Of a stretch of 64,000 nt of DNA, positions 9,874 through 20,323 are shown one piece after another (position 1 is the stretch's first letter; each line of letters opens with the position of its first letter). Source of the stretch: an uncultured Candidatus Saccharibacteria bacterium. Lineage in GTDB: Bacteria; Patescibacteriota; Minisyncoccia; Phycocordibacterales; SW-6-46-9. Below the pieces are notes generated by a model that saw nothing but the letters and a program-made list of their open reading frames with translations, was not told the DNA's origin and did no database searches. A program made the position numbers and the translations under genes. The stretch covers positions 55,560 to 119,559 of the forward strand of contig CAZHOI010000001.1 of NCBI GenBank assembly GCA_964534365.1. The letters are read 5' to 3'.

Positions 9874-9947
9874 GGGCCCGTAGCTCATCTGGCTAGAGCG
9901 CCGGTTTTGCATACCGGAGGTGGCAGGTTCGAGTCCTGTCGGGTCCA
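9874..9947 (+). tRNA. tRNA-Ala (anticodon TGC)
   Basis: GGGCCCGTAGCTCATCTGGCTAGAGCGCCGGTTTTGCATACCGGAGGTGGCAGGTTCGAGTCCTGTCGGGTCCA. Anticodon loop is TT-TGC-AT. G3:U70 pair present. Confidence 0.9.
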
Positions 9948-9960
9948 CATATAAATTTAG

Positions 9961-9992
9961 CCCGAACACAAATGTGTTTGGGTTTTAATTTT
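9961..9992 (+). terminator. Rho-independent terminator after tRNA-Ala(TGC)
   Basis: Hairpin cccgaacaca-aa-tgtgtttggg followed by ttttaatttt. Confidence 0.6.
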
Positions 9993-10207
9993 GACGACAC
10001 TTCAGGGCTCGAAAGACGGAACACACAAAGTCGACCAAAGGTCGTGCGCAAGTCCGGCCAGGAGCCGCTTGTGATCCTGATTTATCGAGAGAACTAGCGA
10101 ACTGACACTGCGAACGGTGCCAAGAAAAGTCGCTTGTGCTCCATGAGAACTCTTTGTCTTCATAACTCTCAGCCAAAATGAAAACTATCGTTTTCAAACT
10201 TTCCGTA

Positions 10208-11470
10208 TCACGTGAATCGTTCTTTACGTTGCTTTGAACGGTGCCAAGTAATGGCAAAACGATGGGCTTCGGCATTTGATCGCAGGATTAAATCTTCGTG
10301 GTTCTGAATAATTTCATTGTCTCCAACATATCCCTTTGGTTTATGACCGACCCCTTTGGTTACTGCCACCACCGGAATAGTTACCCCATTTTTATATAAA
10401 ACTTTTGTAAAAGCGTTAAATTGCGCTTTGCCACCATCAACAACGAATAAATTTGGTAGTGGCCATTCCGTGTGATTAAGCCGTCTTTCAAGCATTTCGC
10501 GCAGTGCTCCAGGATCATTAGATTTTTTAAAACGTTTGATTTTGAATTTGCGGTAACGTGATTTATTAAACAATTGACCTTCCATAACAATCATTACCCC
10601 CACCATATTCTCGCCCATCGTATGCGCGACATCATATGATTCAATACTAAAACTATTATCGGCTTCTGTTGTGGCCTGGATAAAATCATCGTTAATCAGC
10701 GTAGTGTCGTTAATATGATTTAGCGCCCCAATTGTGTTTCGCAATTTCGCTGCTTGTTCAAAATTCATTTCTTTGGCCAGCTGTTTCATATCACGCTCAA
10801 GGCCTTTGATTAGTTTTGATTTTTTACCTTCGAAAAATAAACGCAGGTTATTAATCAGTCGCTGATATTCAGCCTTTTCAATGTCTTTGAAACTGGGGAC
10901 CAGGCCCATCTGTTCATTTAATGGGGAATGGATGCGTTTGCGCTGAACTGGGTCTTTTTTGGCCCGAAATGGAAAGATCTTACGGATCAAGCGCAATGCT
11001 CGTTTTAGGGAATTACCCGAGGTATAGGGACCAAATACATACTTGAATTCATCGGGATCAAATTTGGTAGTCAATTCCTGACCCCGAACCGTAAAAACGC
11101 GGGGAAATTCTTCATCAGTAAAAACTATGTAATTATATGATTTATCATCAACCTGCGAAGTATTACCAACTGGGCGATATTTTTTGATCAAATTTGCTTC
11201 CAGAATCAGAGCTTCCAGAGCTGAATCAGTACCCCGCCATTCTATTACATCAGCATCATCAACCGCCTTTTGCACCAGGGGGGTCCGGGTTTGCCGCAAA
11301 TCACTATTAAAATACGACCTAACCCGATCCCGCAATGATGTAGCCTTGCCAATATAGAGGGGTGATTCTTTTTGTAGGAATAAATACACCCCTGGACTAT
11401 CAGGTAATTTATTAAGTCCGTCCTTTTGCTTTTTTATTTTTCCACATTTATCTGTATGGTCAGTTGACAT
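10208..11470 (-). CDS. uvrC: Excinuclease ABC subunit C, short form lacking C-terminal (HhH)2
   Basis: N-terminal GIY-YIG (PGVYLFL...LYIGKATSLRDRVRSYF), RNase-H-like region (VVDGGKAQF), C-terminal ...AHRFAITWHRSKQRK matching the UvrC ...H.HAIGGHRKKR segment; 420 aa. Confidence 0.85.
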   Translation of the reverse strand: MSTDHTDKCGKIKKQKDGLNKLPDSPGVYLFLQKESPLYIGKATSLRDRVRSYFNSDLRQTRTPLVQKAVDDADVIEWRGTDSALEALILEANLIKKYRPVGNTSQVDDKSYNYIVFTDEEFPRVFTVRGQELTTKFDPDEFKYVFGPYTSGNSLKRALRLIRKIFPFRAKKDPVQRKRIHSPLNEQMGLVPSFKDIEKAEYQRLINNLRLFFEGKKSKLIKGLERDMKQLAKEMNFEQAAKLRNTIGALNHINDTTLINDDFIQATTEADNSFSIESYDVAHTMGENMVGVMIVMEGQLFNKSRYRKFKIKRFKKSNDPGALREMLERRLNHTEWPLPNLFVVDGGKAQFNAFTKVLYKNGVTIPVVAVTKGVGHKPKGYVGDNEIIQNHEDLILRSNAEAHRFAITWHRSKQRKERFT

Positions 11471-11499
11471 ATATAAATTTAATACCTATTATAACTTTT

Positions 11500-12110
11500 A
11501 CACCGAGAAGGGACAGTTGACCAATCCGAGGTCAATGCTCCACTCCGGAGCGTCCTTTCTCATCATCTACCCCCTCTATCCTAATGGCTTCTCAAGCCAA
11601 ACGCTCACGCTCCGCTACTGACCATCGCGTCCTTCGTCAGCAGAGGAAACTGCGTCGAAGGCGTGCCCGACAGCTGATCCGAGAAGGGATCGAGCTGTAC
11701 TTCAGCAAAAACGACACTTCTGCGACCTACTCAAGTGGCGCGTCTTCCGTACTCGTCTACTGCGAGTGTCGCTCGGGCGGGCTGTGCATTGGTGACGAAG
11801 AGTGCAGAGGCGCAGCTGAGCTCATGGCCCTCCAAGGTGAGATGGAGCTCACTGACGTTCTCTTGGAGGACGTCGATGTCGATCTCTACATTCTCGCCAC
11901 CGAAGACACCGAGCTCGATCATGCCTAAAGGAAAGGCTCGATCGCAGCTCAAGCGGAGCAAAAAGCTCAGGAAGCGCAAACGACGCGAAGCCGCGCAACG
12001 CTCTGCTAGTCATAACAAAAAGCGCTGATCCCACCAGCTGAGGGTCGGAGGTCAATTGCGTCTAACGCGATGCCTCCGGCCCTTGGCGGCCCTCCCTCCC
12101 TAGGAATAAA
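11500..12110. other. About 0.6 kb GC-rich compositional island between uvrC and uvrA
   Basis: Abrupt GC rise. Multiple overlapping ORFs on both strands typical of GC-rich DNA. Stable hairpin cggaggtca...tgcctccg near 12040-12075. Confidence 0.5.
11584..11928 (+). CDS. Hypothetical protein in GC-rich island, followed by an overlapping 35-aa highly basic peptide (11921..12028)
   Basis: 114-aa ORF with an Arg-rich N-terminus and acidic C-terminus. Downstream ATG at 11921 gives MPKGKARSQLKRSKKLRKRKRREAAQRSASHNKKR. No recognisable family; coding status uncertain. Confidence 0.25.
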   Translation: MASQAKRSRSATDHRVLRQQRKLRRRRARQLIREGIELYFSKNDTSATYSSGASSVLVYCECRSGGLCIGDEECRGAAELMALQGEMELTDVLLEDVDVDLYILATEDTELDHA

Positions 12111-12141
12111 GATGACGAACCTAACCCATCTACGGATGCGG

Positions 12142-14793
12142 TTATTTTTTTGCTTTGATTTTCCGTGATTTAGATTTGGAAAGCATTTTGGACAAGTATT
12201 TACCGGTATAACTACCATCAGTATCTGCCACTTCCTCGGGAGTCCCAGTGGCAATTACCTGGCCGCCGTTTTTACCACCTTCCGGCCCCATATCAATTAC
12301 GTAATCAGCGCATTTAATCAAATCAAGGTTGTGCTCGATCACAACTACCGTATTACCCTGCTGGACTAGCTTGTCCAAAATTTGAATTAGTTTTCGAACG
12401 TCTTCGTAATGTAATCCAACCGTAGGCTCGTCAAGTAAATAGATAGTTTTTTCAGTATGACGACGATATAACTCGGACGATATTTTTATTCGCTGGGCTT
12501 CCCCACCAGATAGTGTTGTAGCCGACTGACCTAGCTTCAAATAACCCAATCCGGTTTGATCCAATACACGCAGGCGATCATGAATTGCCGGAATATCATT
12601 AAAGAATTCAAGGGCTTCTTCGATAGTCATTTCTAATACATCGTAGATATTTTTATTCTTATAGGTCACTTCTAATGTTTCGGATTGGTAGCGCTTTCCT
12701 CCACATACATCACACGGTACATAAACTGTCGGTAAAAAATGCATTTCAATTGCTTGAACCCCTTTTCCTTGACACGCTTCACATCTTCCGCCTTTGACAT
12801 TAAATGAAAATCGGCCAACAGACCAACCACGCACCTTGGCTTCACTAGTTGAGGCAAATAAATCGCGAATGTGATTGAAAGCACCCGTATAGGTAGCTGG
12901 ATTTGATCGACTAGTTCGACCAATTGGAGATTGATCAATTGTGACCATCCGTGACATATATTCCGAACCACTAAACTTTGCTGCGTTAATGACTTCGGTA
13001 GATTTATCACGACGATCAAGCGAACGCTTTAAATTTTTCTCGACCACGTCATAAAGCATGGTAGATTTTCCTGACCCTGATACCCCAGTGACACAAACAA
13101 ATCGGCCCAACGGAATTTCTAGATTGACATTCTCTAGGTTATGTTTATTAGCTCCAACCACTTTAATTGCGCCTTTGGTAGAACTACGACGTTTGTCAGG
13201 GATAGGTATTTCAACTTCACCCCGTAAGTAAGATAATGTAAGTGAATCTGAAGTATTAGTTTCAGCGTCCATTAGTTTGTTCAAGTCATCAGCCACAATA
13301 ACTTCTCCACCATGTCGTCCGGCACCAGGTCCGATATCAATCAAATAGTCGGCGGCCGCAATGGTGTCTTCATCGTGCTCAACCACTAAAATTGTATTAC
13401 CCAAATCTCGTAGATCCAGCAGAGTTTTAATTAACCGATCGTTATCGCGTTGATGCAGGCCAATGGTTGGTTCGTCCAAAACATATAATGCACCTACCAG
13501 TTTAGACCCCAATTGTGATGCCAGTCTAATTCGTTGAGCCTCGCCGCCAGATAAGGTATTAGCCCTACGATCCAGGGTTAAGTATTCAATGCCGACATTC
13601 GACATAAATTTCAGACGTTCTTCGATTTCTCGCAAAATAGGTTCAGCAATTTCTGCGTTTTTTTCATTTAGTTTCAGACCTATCAACCATTCTTCGGCGT
13701 CTTCGACCGACATCGCCACAAAATCCGCGATGTTTGATCGACCGCCTTTTTCGTGATGCAGGAATACGTATAGCGCTTCTTCGCGCAATCTGGCACCCCC
13801 ACAGGTAGCACAAGGTTCTGTTCCCTTGAAGTGTTTGGTTCCTAAACCACGGCAAATTGGACACGCACCATATGGTGAATTGAATGAGAACAACCTTGGT
13901 TCGACCTCAGGAAACGAGTACCCTGAATAAGGGTCGGTAAAGCTAGTCGAGAACAACGAACCATATCGGGCCTGTTCCGGTCCTTTTTCATCATCTGACA
14001 GCTCTTCACCTTCCCGGGCTGTGCGTTGGGGCATTTCGTCACCGGGAAATACTACCCGCACTAACCCATCTGCTTCGTTCAATGCGTTTTCGATTGCTTC
14101 GGACAGTCGTTCTTCAGCAAATTTTTGGTCAGAATGAAATTCTGACACATCTACTGCGTCGATAAATAAATCAATATTATGAGTTTTTTTCTTGTCGAGG
14201 ATAATTTGGTCGCGCAGAGACTGCTCGTGACCATCAATCAACACGTTCGAATAGCCTTTACCCAACAGGTCATATAGCATTTGATAATATTCACCCTTAC
14301 GACCCCTTACGATCGGAGCATATATTTTTACCAAGCCGTCATCTTTGTTATCCAGCTGGGTGATTTTATCAATAATGATATTTTTGATTTCCTCGTTAGT
14401 CAGTCTAACTATTGGTTCACCAGACACGGGTGAATAAGGCGTCCCTACCCTGGCATATAGAACCCGCAAATAGTCATAAATTTCTGTAATCGTGGCTACA
14501 GTTGATCGGGGATTTCGAGAGCCGGTTTTTTGATCAATCGATATCGCTGGTGATAGTCCAGTAATTTCGTCCACATCAGGTTTTTGCATTTGATCCAAAA
14601 ATTGCCGGGCATATGATGACAGTGATTCAACATAACGACGTTGACCTTCGGCAAATATAGTATCAAAGGCCAGTGATGATTTGCCAGAACCAGATAGACC
14701 GGTAACAACTACCATTTTGTTTCGTGGCATCTCGACTGAAATATTTTTTAAATTGTGAGTGCGTGCCCCGGTTACTTTGATTTTATCTTCCAT
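12142..14793 (-). CDS. uvrA: Excinuclease ABC subunit A
   Basis: Tandem ABC ATPase with two Walker A sites ([12 protein letters not shown]; [10 protein letters not shown]), zinc-finger cysteines, LSGGEAQR signatures; 883 aa. Confidence 0.95.
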   Translation of the reverse strand: MEDKIKVTGARTHNLKNISVEMPRNKMVVVTGLSGSGKSSLAFDTIFAEGQRRYVESLSSYARQFLDQMQKPDVDEITGLSPAISIDQKTGSRNPRSTVATITEIYDYLRVLYARVGTPYSPVSGEPIVRLTNEEIKNIIIDKITQLDNKDDGLVKIYAPIVRGRKGEYYQMLYDLLGKGYSNVLIDGHEQSLRDQIILDKKKTHNIDLFIDAVDVSEFHSDQKFAEERLSEAIENALNEADGLVRVVFPGDEMPQRTAREGEELSDDEKGPEQARYGSLFSTSFTDPYSGYSFPEVEPRLFSFNSPYGACPICRGLGTKHFKGTEPCATCGGARLREEALYVFLHHEKGGRSNIADFVAMSVEDAEEWLIGLKLNEKNAEIAEPILREIEERLKFMSNVGIEYLTLDRRANTLSGGEAQRIRLASQLGSKLVGALYVLDEPTIGLHQRDNDRLIKTLLDLRDLGNTILVVEHDEDTIAAADYLIDIGPGAGRHGGEVIVADDLNKLMDAETNTSDSLTLSYLRGEVEIPIPDKRRSSTKGAIKVVGANKHNLENVNLEIPLGRFVCVTGVSGSGKSTMLYDVVEKNLKRSLDRRDKSTEVINAAKFSGSEYMSRMVTIDQSPIGRTSRSNPATYTGAFNHIRDLFASTSEAKVRGWSVGRFSFNVKGGRCEACQGKGVQAIEMHFLPTVYVPCDVCGGKRYQSETLEVTYKNKNIYDVLEMTIEEALEFFNDIPAIHDRLRVLDQTGLGYLKLGQSATTLSGGEAQRIKISSELYRRHTEKTIYLLDEPTVGLHYEDVRKLIQILDKLVQQGNTVVVIEHNLDLIKCADYVIDMGPEGGKNGGQVIATGTPEEVADTDGSYTGKYLSKMLSKSKSRKIKAKK

Positions 14794-14849
14794 AATACAA
14801 AAAGTGCAGAAATTTGATTATAATGCGAACGATCAGACACTTCAATCGA

Positions 14850-16922
14850 CTATTTATTTTTTCGTCGTGGTCCTCCTTTTTCTAGTCGGTCCATTTCTTT
14901 CTTTAGCGCTATTAATTCGTCGCGCAATACCGCCGCTGTTTCAAAGTCTAATTCCTTGACCGCTTCAGACATCTGTTTTTCTTTTTGTCGAATAAACTTC
15001 AGCGGATTTTTTGCAAATAAAGCATTATCGACAGTCAGTAATTCTTGAACCGCTTTATCGTGACGAGACTGCAACTGTTGAGTAATATCAGATATTTTCT
15101 TGGCAATTGTTTTTGGCGTAATGCCGTGTTTTTTGTTGTAAGCTAACTGAATTTCACGCCGGCGTTCTGTTTCCTCGATAGCAGCTTTCAAAGATGTGTC
15201 TTCGCCTACCGTATCGGCATATAACAGAACACGCCCATTCGCGTTACGGGCTGCCCGTCCGATGGTTTGAATTAGTGACGTTTCAGATCGCAGAAATCCT
15301 TCTTTATCAGCATCCAATATACCGATCAAAGCAACCTCGGGTAGATCGAGGCCTTCACGAAGCAAGTTTACACCTACCAATACATCAAAATCGCCTTTAC
15401 GCAATTCAGTCAGGATTTCGATCCGTTCCAATGTATCAATTTCGGAATGTAAATATTTAGTATTCATGCCCCGTTCATTTAAAAATTCAGACATGTCTTC
15501 AGCCATGCGTTTAGTTAAAGTAGTAGCCAAGACTCGATAACCAGCATCAATTGTTTTTTTCGCTTCGGCAATAAAATGCTTGACCTGTCCTGGATAATCA
15601 TCACCTTTCTGTTCGTTCACAGGCAGAACATCGATGACTGGGTCTACTAATCCAGTTGGCCTGATGATTTGCTCGACTACTTGAGTTGATTTTTCCTTCT
15701 CGTAATCTTTTGGAGTAGCAGAAACATAGATAGTCTGGCCAGTACGTTCAATAAATTCATCATAAGTTAATGGTCGGTTATCTAGCGCTGACGGCAGCCG
15801 GAAACCATGATCTACCAGGGTCTCCTTGCGAGCCCGATCACCTGCATACATTCCGCCAATTTGCGGAACGGTTACGTGCGATTCATCAATAACAGTCAAA
15901 AAATCAGGTTGACCATTTTTCTTTCTATTTTTTTTGGGAAAAAAAGACAATAATGAATTTGACGGCTCTCCAGCGACCCTGCCATCAAAGTGTCGTGAAT
16001 AATTTTCAATCCCGTTACAAAAACCAATTTCGCGAATTAGTGCTAAATCATATTGAGTTCGCCGTTTTAGTCGTTGATATTCCAAAATGGCTCCTTCTTC
16101 TTCTAATTCTTTGAGTCGCTCTTGCAATTCATGTTCGATATCTTTTAATGCCCGCTGACGATCGTCTTCGGAAGTCACATAGTGTTTTGCGGGAAAGAAA
16201 AATAAGGCGTCACGTTCACCAATCTCCTCACGAGTTATCGCATTGATTTCGATAATTTTATCAATTGTACCGACGCCAAATTCCATTCGAAAAACTGTTT
16301 TTTCATTTACTGGCATGATTTCAACTGCGTTTCCTACCGCTCGAAATAATCCTGGCTTCAAATCAGCGTTGGTGCGCTCGTAATATATATCAACTAATTT
16401 TCTAATAAATAGTCCTCGTGTAAGTTTTTCGCCAACCACTGCTTTGATATTTTGTCGCTCGTACTCTTCGGGTGATCCCAGACCATAAATACATGATACT
16501 GATGCTACAATTATTACATCTTTACGAGTAAGTAGAGCCTGAGTGGAAGCATGACGTAGGCGCTCGATTTCTTCGTTAATTTGCGATTCCTTTTCAATAT
16601 AAGTATCGCTGGTTGGTACATACGCTTCGGGTTGGTAGTAATCGTAATAAGATACAAAGTAATGCACTGCATTATTGGGAAATAACTCGCGAAACTCCTG
16701 GGCCAATTGCGCGGCCAAGGTTTTATTGTGCGCAATCACCAAAGTCGGTTTTTGTACTTTTTGAATTACATTAGCTATCGTAAAGGTTTTACCGGTACCG
16801 GTAGCCCCCAGCAAGGTTTGATAATCGTCCCCTCGCCGCAATCCTTTAACTAAATTTTCAATTGCCTTTGGTTGATCACCAGCTGGTGAAAATTCTGTTT
16901 TTAGTTCAAATTTTTTTGACAT
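14850..16922 (-). CDS. uvrB: Excinuclease ABC subunit B
   Basis: GATGTGKTFT Walker A, helicase motifs, C-terminal UVR coiled-coil domain; 690 aa. Confidence 0.95.
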   Translation of the reverse strand: MSKKFELKTEFSPAGDQPKAIENLVKGLRRGDDYQTLLGATGTGKTFTIANVIQKVQKPTLVIAHNKTLAAQLAQEFRELFPNNAVHYFVSYYDYYQPEAYVPTSDTYIEKESQINEEIERLRHASTQALLTRKDVIIVASVSCIYGLGSPEEYERQNIKAVVGEKLTRGLFIRKLVDIYYERTNADLKPGLFRAVGNAVEIMPVNEKTVFRMEFGVGTIDKIIEINAITREEIGERDALFFFPAKHYVTSEDDRQRALKDIEHELQERLKELEEEGAILEYQRLKRRTQYDLALIREIGFCNGIENYSRHFDGRVAGEPSNSLLSFFPKKNRKKNGQPDFLTVIDESHVTVPQIGGMYAGDRARKETLVDHGFRLPSALDNRPLTYDEFIERTGQTIYVSATPKDYEKEKSTQVVEQIIRPTGLVDPVIDVLPVNEQKGDDYPGQVKHFIAEAKKTIDAGYRVLATTLTKRMAEDMSEFLNERGMNTKYLHSEIDTLERIEILTELRKGDFDVLVGVNLLREGLDLPEVALIGILDADKEGFLRSETSLIQTIGRAARNANGRVLLYADTVGEDTSLKAAIEETERRREIQLAYNKKHGITPKTIAKKISDITQQLQSRHDKAVQELLTVDNALFAKNPLKFIRQKEKQMSEAVKELDFETAAVLRDELIALKKEMDRLEKGGPRRKNK

Positions 16923-17050
16923 TTAATTTTATGATGAGGTTTTACTCAATTATTAAAAATTTACCAAGACATAAATATGATTTCAGCCTCCTTGCGACAC
17001 CTGGCCGATCATAATGAAATTGTTAGTTATTTACTGTCAATGCAATTCGT

Positions 17051-17275
17051 TTAATCTACGTCTGATTTTTCACTTGTTATTTTTACCTCGCCTTCGGTTG
17101 GTAATACCCAAGCCAGTATCAAATACAATAGTAATCCTGGGAAAAAGCTAGTTATTAAAATAAATAAAAACCAGATGATTCGCGAAATTGTTACGTCAAT
17201 TCCTAAATAATTAGCAGTTCCAGCAGCAACTCCAAAAATTTTTTTATCGCTAGTTGATTTATACAGTTTTTTCAT
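17051..17275 (-). CDS. PspC-domain membrane protein
   Basis: DKKIFGVAAGTANYLGIDVTISRIIWFLF matches the PspC N-terminal domain; 74 aa. Confidence 0.7.
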   Translation of the reverse strand: MKKLYKSTSDKKIFGVAAGTANYLGIDVTISRIIWFLFILITSFFPGLLLYLILAWVLPTEGEVKITSEKSDVD

Positions 17276-17421
17276 CCTCGTTATTTTAACAAATATTGAT
17301 CGATATTATAAGTCGTAAATCTACCAGGAACATTTAAATCTTCTTGTCTAATGATCTTTTACAATAATAATGTATTGATGAGGAAGTTGGTGTTGTGAAA
17401 GGTCCACTATTTTAGTAATTA

Positions 17422-18651
17422 CTAGCTAGTATATTTATTCAGAAATCCGTCTCTAAAGTCTTTGTAAATGTTGTTATTAATTGAATCACGAATATTTTTA
17501 GTCAATTTCAGCAGAAAGTAAACATTGGCTTCAGATAACAGCATTGAACCTAATATTTCGCGGGCTTTGAATAAATGGTGAATATAACCGGCGGTATAGG
17601 TTGTATTTTTAAACCAATTATTGTGCTTGGACATTGGGTCAGTGCTACCTTTAGCCCAAGATTTGGTAAAGTCCATTTTGCCTTGATCAGTGTATAAAGT
17701 ACCGACGCGACCCAATCTGGTCGGTGCCACACAATCAAATGTATCAATTCCCTGCTCGACGGCCGCAAAAATATCCTCGGGCTCGCCAATTCCTAGTAAA
17801 TGTCGCGGTTTATTATCTGGCAAAATTTCATTCACTACCCGCAAACTTTCACCTAAGTCTTCTTTAGAAAATGATCCACCAATGCCATAACCAGCAAATC
17901 CTTTAGCTGCAAAGTAACTTGCGGATTTTTGCCGCAGGTCTGCAAAACGACCACCTTGTATTACTCCATATAAGCCTTGTTTTTGCGAAGCTTTTACATT
18001 CTGTAAATGAGCCTTCAGTGATCGATCGGCCCAATTATGGGTTCTCTCTAATGCTTCTAGCTGATAGTCGTACTTGGCAGTAGGTGATGTGCATTCGTCA
18101 AAAGCGACTATAATATCCGCCCCTAATTCATGCTGAATCTCGACTGATCGCTCGGCACTAAATCTATGCAGCGAGCCATCGATGTGCGACGTAAAGGTTA
18201 CACCTTCGTTATCGACAATACATAACTGTCCGTGCTGGGCTGCTTGTTCCCTTGCATATACGTTTAAACCTGTGCGCTGATCTGAATTATTTACATCACC
18301 CTTGGCAAATTTTGTAACTCCTTTGCCAAACGCTGCCCCCAAGGAAAAAACTTGGAATCCTCCTGAATCTGTCATGATGGGACCATCAAAATTCATAAAA
18401 TTATGCAACCCACCATGCTCGGCTACAATTTTTGATCCCGGTTGTAAAAATAAGTGGTAAGTATTAGATAGCAAACCTTGTAAGCCTAGATTACTGAATT
18501 TATCGGATCCAATTCCCTTTAAAGTTGCTTTGGTTCCAACTGGTAAAAAAGCTGGTGTTTCGATTTTGCCATGTGGGGTATGTAAAATACCGGACCTTCC
18601 CAGTCCGGTATTAATCCGATTTATAATCTCAAATTTTATAGGGTCAATCAC
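17422..18651 (-). CDS. tgt: Queuine tRNA-ribosyltransferase (tRNA-guanine transglycosylase)
   Basis: TPHGKIETPAFLPVGTKATLKG, DCV/zinc-site region, 409 aa. Confidence 0.9.
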   Translation of the reverse strand: MIDPIKFEIINRINTGLGRSGILHTPHGKIETPAFLPVGTKATLKGIGSDKFSNLGLQGLLSNTYHLFLQPGSKIVAEHGGLHNFMNFDGPIMTDSGGFQVFSLGAAFGKGVTKFAKGDVNNSDQRTGLNVYAREQAAQHGQLCIVDNEGVTFTSHIDGSLHRFSAERSVEIQHELGADIIVAFDECTSPTAKYDYQLEALERTHNWADRSLKAHLQNVKASQKQGLYGVIQGGRFADLRQKSASYFAAKGFAGYGIGGSFSKEDLGESLRVVNEILPDNKPRHLLGIGEPEDIFAAVEQGIDTFDCVAPTRLGRVGTLYTDQGKMDFTKSWAKGSTDPMSKHNNWFKNTTYTAGYIHHLFKAREILGSMLLSEANVYFLLKLTKNIRDSINNNIYKDFRDGFLNKYTS

Positions 18652-19193
18652 TATTGTTGCGGTAAAGCCTGGAGTTGCTCGGCGGTAATTACTTCTACTA
18701 CCTCGACCCCAAATACCAAATCAGCGTTGGCGGGAATCGGACCGCCAGGCGTACCTACTTCTCCGTATGCCAAATCAGATGGAATTACTAGCAAACGCAG
18801 CTCGCCTGGTTGGACACCAATTAATCCTTGCTCCCAACCTTGAATAACTTGTCCTTGTCCTAACTGAACCGGAAATGGTTGACCGCGATCGTATGAAGTG
18901 TCGAATTGCTCGCCAGTTTCTTGCAACCAGCCACGATAATGAACAATTACTACATCACCGACCTCGGCAGCTTCGCCCTCACCTGGCTCCAAGGTAATAA
19001 CTTGTAGTTCATCGCTAGCCTCAACGGCTGGTATATCTTCATCAATTCTGGTTTCATCAGTCATTGGTTCTTGATTATTAGTAACTTCATCCGTTTGTAA
19101 TAAACCGCCTGTTAGTCCGTAAAATAGCGCTGCCACTACTAGTGCAAGACCAACCACTACGGCTACCCACTCTTCTGTTTGTAATTTTTTCAT
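18651..19193 (-). CDS. Membrane-anchored FKBP-type peptidyl-prolyl cis-trans isomerase
   Basis: N-terminal TM helix then GDVVIVHYRGWL...GQPFPVQLGQGQVIQGWEQGL...LVIPSDLAYG FKBP fold. Confidence 0.85.
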   Translation of the reverse strand: MKKLQTEEWVAVVVGLALVVAALFYGLTGGLLQTDEVTNNQEPMTDETRIDEDIPAVEASDELQVITLEPGEGEAAEVGDVVIVHYRGWLQETGEQFDTSYDRGQPFPVQLGQGQVIQGWEQGLIGVQPGELRLLVIPSDLAYGEVGTPGGPIPANADLVFGVEVVEVITAEQLQALPQQ

Positions 19194-19227
19194 ACTGTTG
19201 TTAAGTGTAACCTAAAAGCTCGGTATT

Positions 19228-19761
19228 CTACAACTGATTGTGTCGAATCCAGTTTTGCTTCATTGCCAGGATAAATTCTTTATTCTTGATTGGATTAGGA
19301 GTTAAGGGAAAAATGAACTCTTGCTCGGTTCCAGCGGTTTGCACGGTAATAGTGCCAAAATTAAGCAGTGTCGCAACTACCCCCACGCTCTCGACAGTTG
19401 CATCTTGTATTTTTGGGTACCTGGCTGATGAGACTTCACGCGAAAAGAAATCTCGCTGATCAACATCGATAATGCGTTTATTTGTAATAACCCATTTATC
19501 TAAATAATAATCAGTAAATCTGGTGAATAAAATAATCCACAAAAATAATAGCCATAACAGATACCAAAAAGCCTGCAAATTGGGGTCAAAAGTGAAGTTA
19601 AAATCAAAATTGGCCGGTAGCAAGTTAAAAACCCAATCCATCAAAATGAGAATTAAATTAGGCGAGATAGCCAATATTAAAATTAAGGTGGCTTGTAAAA
19701 TAATATAAAACGGATGTTTTCGAATCACTTTAATAATCTGCTCGCCATTCTCTAATTTCAT
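19228..19761 (-). CDS. Membrane protein with bacterial PH-like (YdbS/YdbT-type) domain
   Basis: Two TM helices followed by WVITNKRIIDVDQR...GTITVQTAG, as in bPH_2 proteins. Confidence 0.5.
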   Translation of the reverse strand: MKLENGEQIIKVIRKHPFYIILQATLILILAISPNLILILMDWVFNLLPANFDFNFTFDPNLQAFWYLLWLLFLWIILFTRFTDYYLDKWVITNKRIIDVDQRDFFSREVSSARYPKIQDATVESVGVVATLLNFGTITVQTAGTEQEFIFPLTPNPIKNKEFILAMKQNWIRHNQL

Positions 19762-19767
19762 AATAGT

Positions 19768-20028
19768 TTAAGCCGTTATTAGGTAATTGCTCAGCAAATT
19801 TGCCGCACCTCCAATTAATAAAGTTAATACTATTGCATTGACTGATATTATAATCGGGGTTAATTTGTTTTGAGTTTCATAACGCAGCCAATGATAGCTG
19901 ATGGTTAGAAAAAAAATGGCGGCTATAATTCCTAAACCAGCTAATAAATACCATAAAAAACCCTCCATCCCGGGCCAAGTAATAAATTGATTATTCGAAA
20001 GTGAATTTGGTAATTCAATTGGATTCAT
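19768..20028 (-). CDS. Small membrane protein (hypothetical)
   Basis: 86 aa, two hydrophobic helices; in an operon context with neighbours. Confidence 0.4.
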   Translation of the reverse strand: MNPIELPNSLSNNQFITWPGMEGFLWYLLAGLGIIAAIFFLTISYHWLRYETQNKLTPIIISVNAIVLTLLIGGAANLLSNYLITA

Positions 20029-20309
20029 GATCGGTTATGATGTCGTCCCCCGACCAACATTTCAGCCGCTGTTTTCAAAGCCCGACGCCGTCCCACCAGT
20101 CCTAGCATTAGCATAAATAACGAGCTCTTACCCTTTAGTTTTGTTTTAACAACATCATAGTCGGATCGTAATTTATCGATGTCATAATGTAGTGACTCCA
20201 TAAAGGCGCGAAGTTCACGAAAAAATCGGTAGGCAATAAATAGTGCTGCCACTAGAATAATGTTTAAAATCAGTAGCAGTCCTATTAATACCATCAACAA
20301 GGTTTCCAT
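20025..20309 (-). CDS. Small membrane protein (hypothetical)
   Basis: 94 aa, N-terminal TM; 4-nt overlap with the downstream gene. Confidence 0.4.
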   Translation of the reverse strand: METLLMVLIGLLLILNIILVAALFIAYRFFRELRAFMESLHYDIDKLRSDYDVVKTKLKGKSSLFMLMLGLVGRRRALKTAAEMLVGGRHHNRS

Positions 20310-20323
20310 AAATATATTATAAC

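Noticed and set aside
11731-12254. Multiple overlapping ORFs (both strands) in the GC-rich island and the uvrA 3' end
   Set aside because: They are mutually exclusive frames in GC-rich DNA with no motifs. Only the 114-aa ORF and the basic peptide are kept, and those at low confidence.
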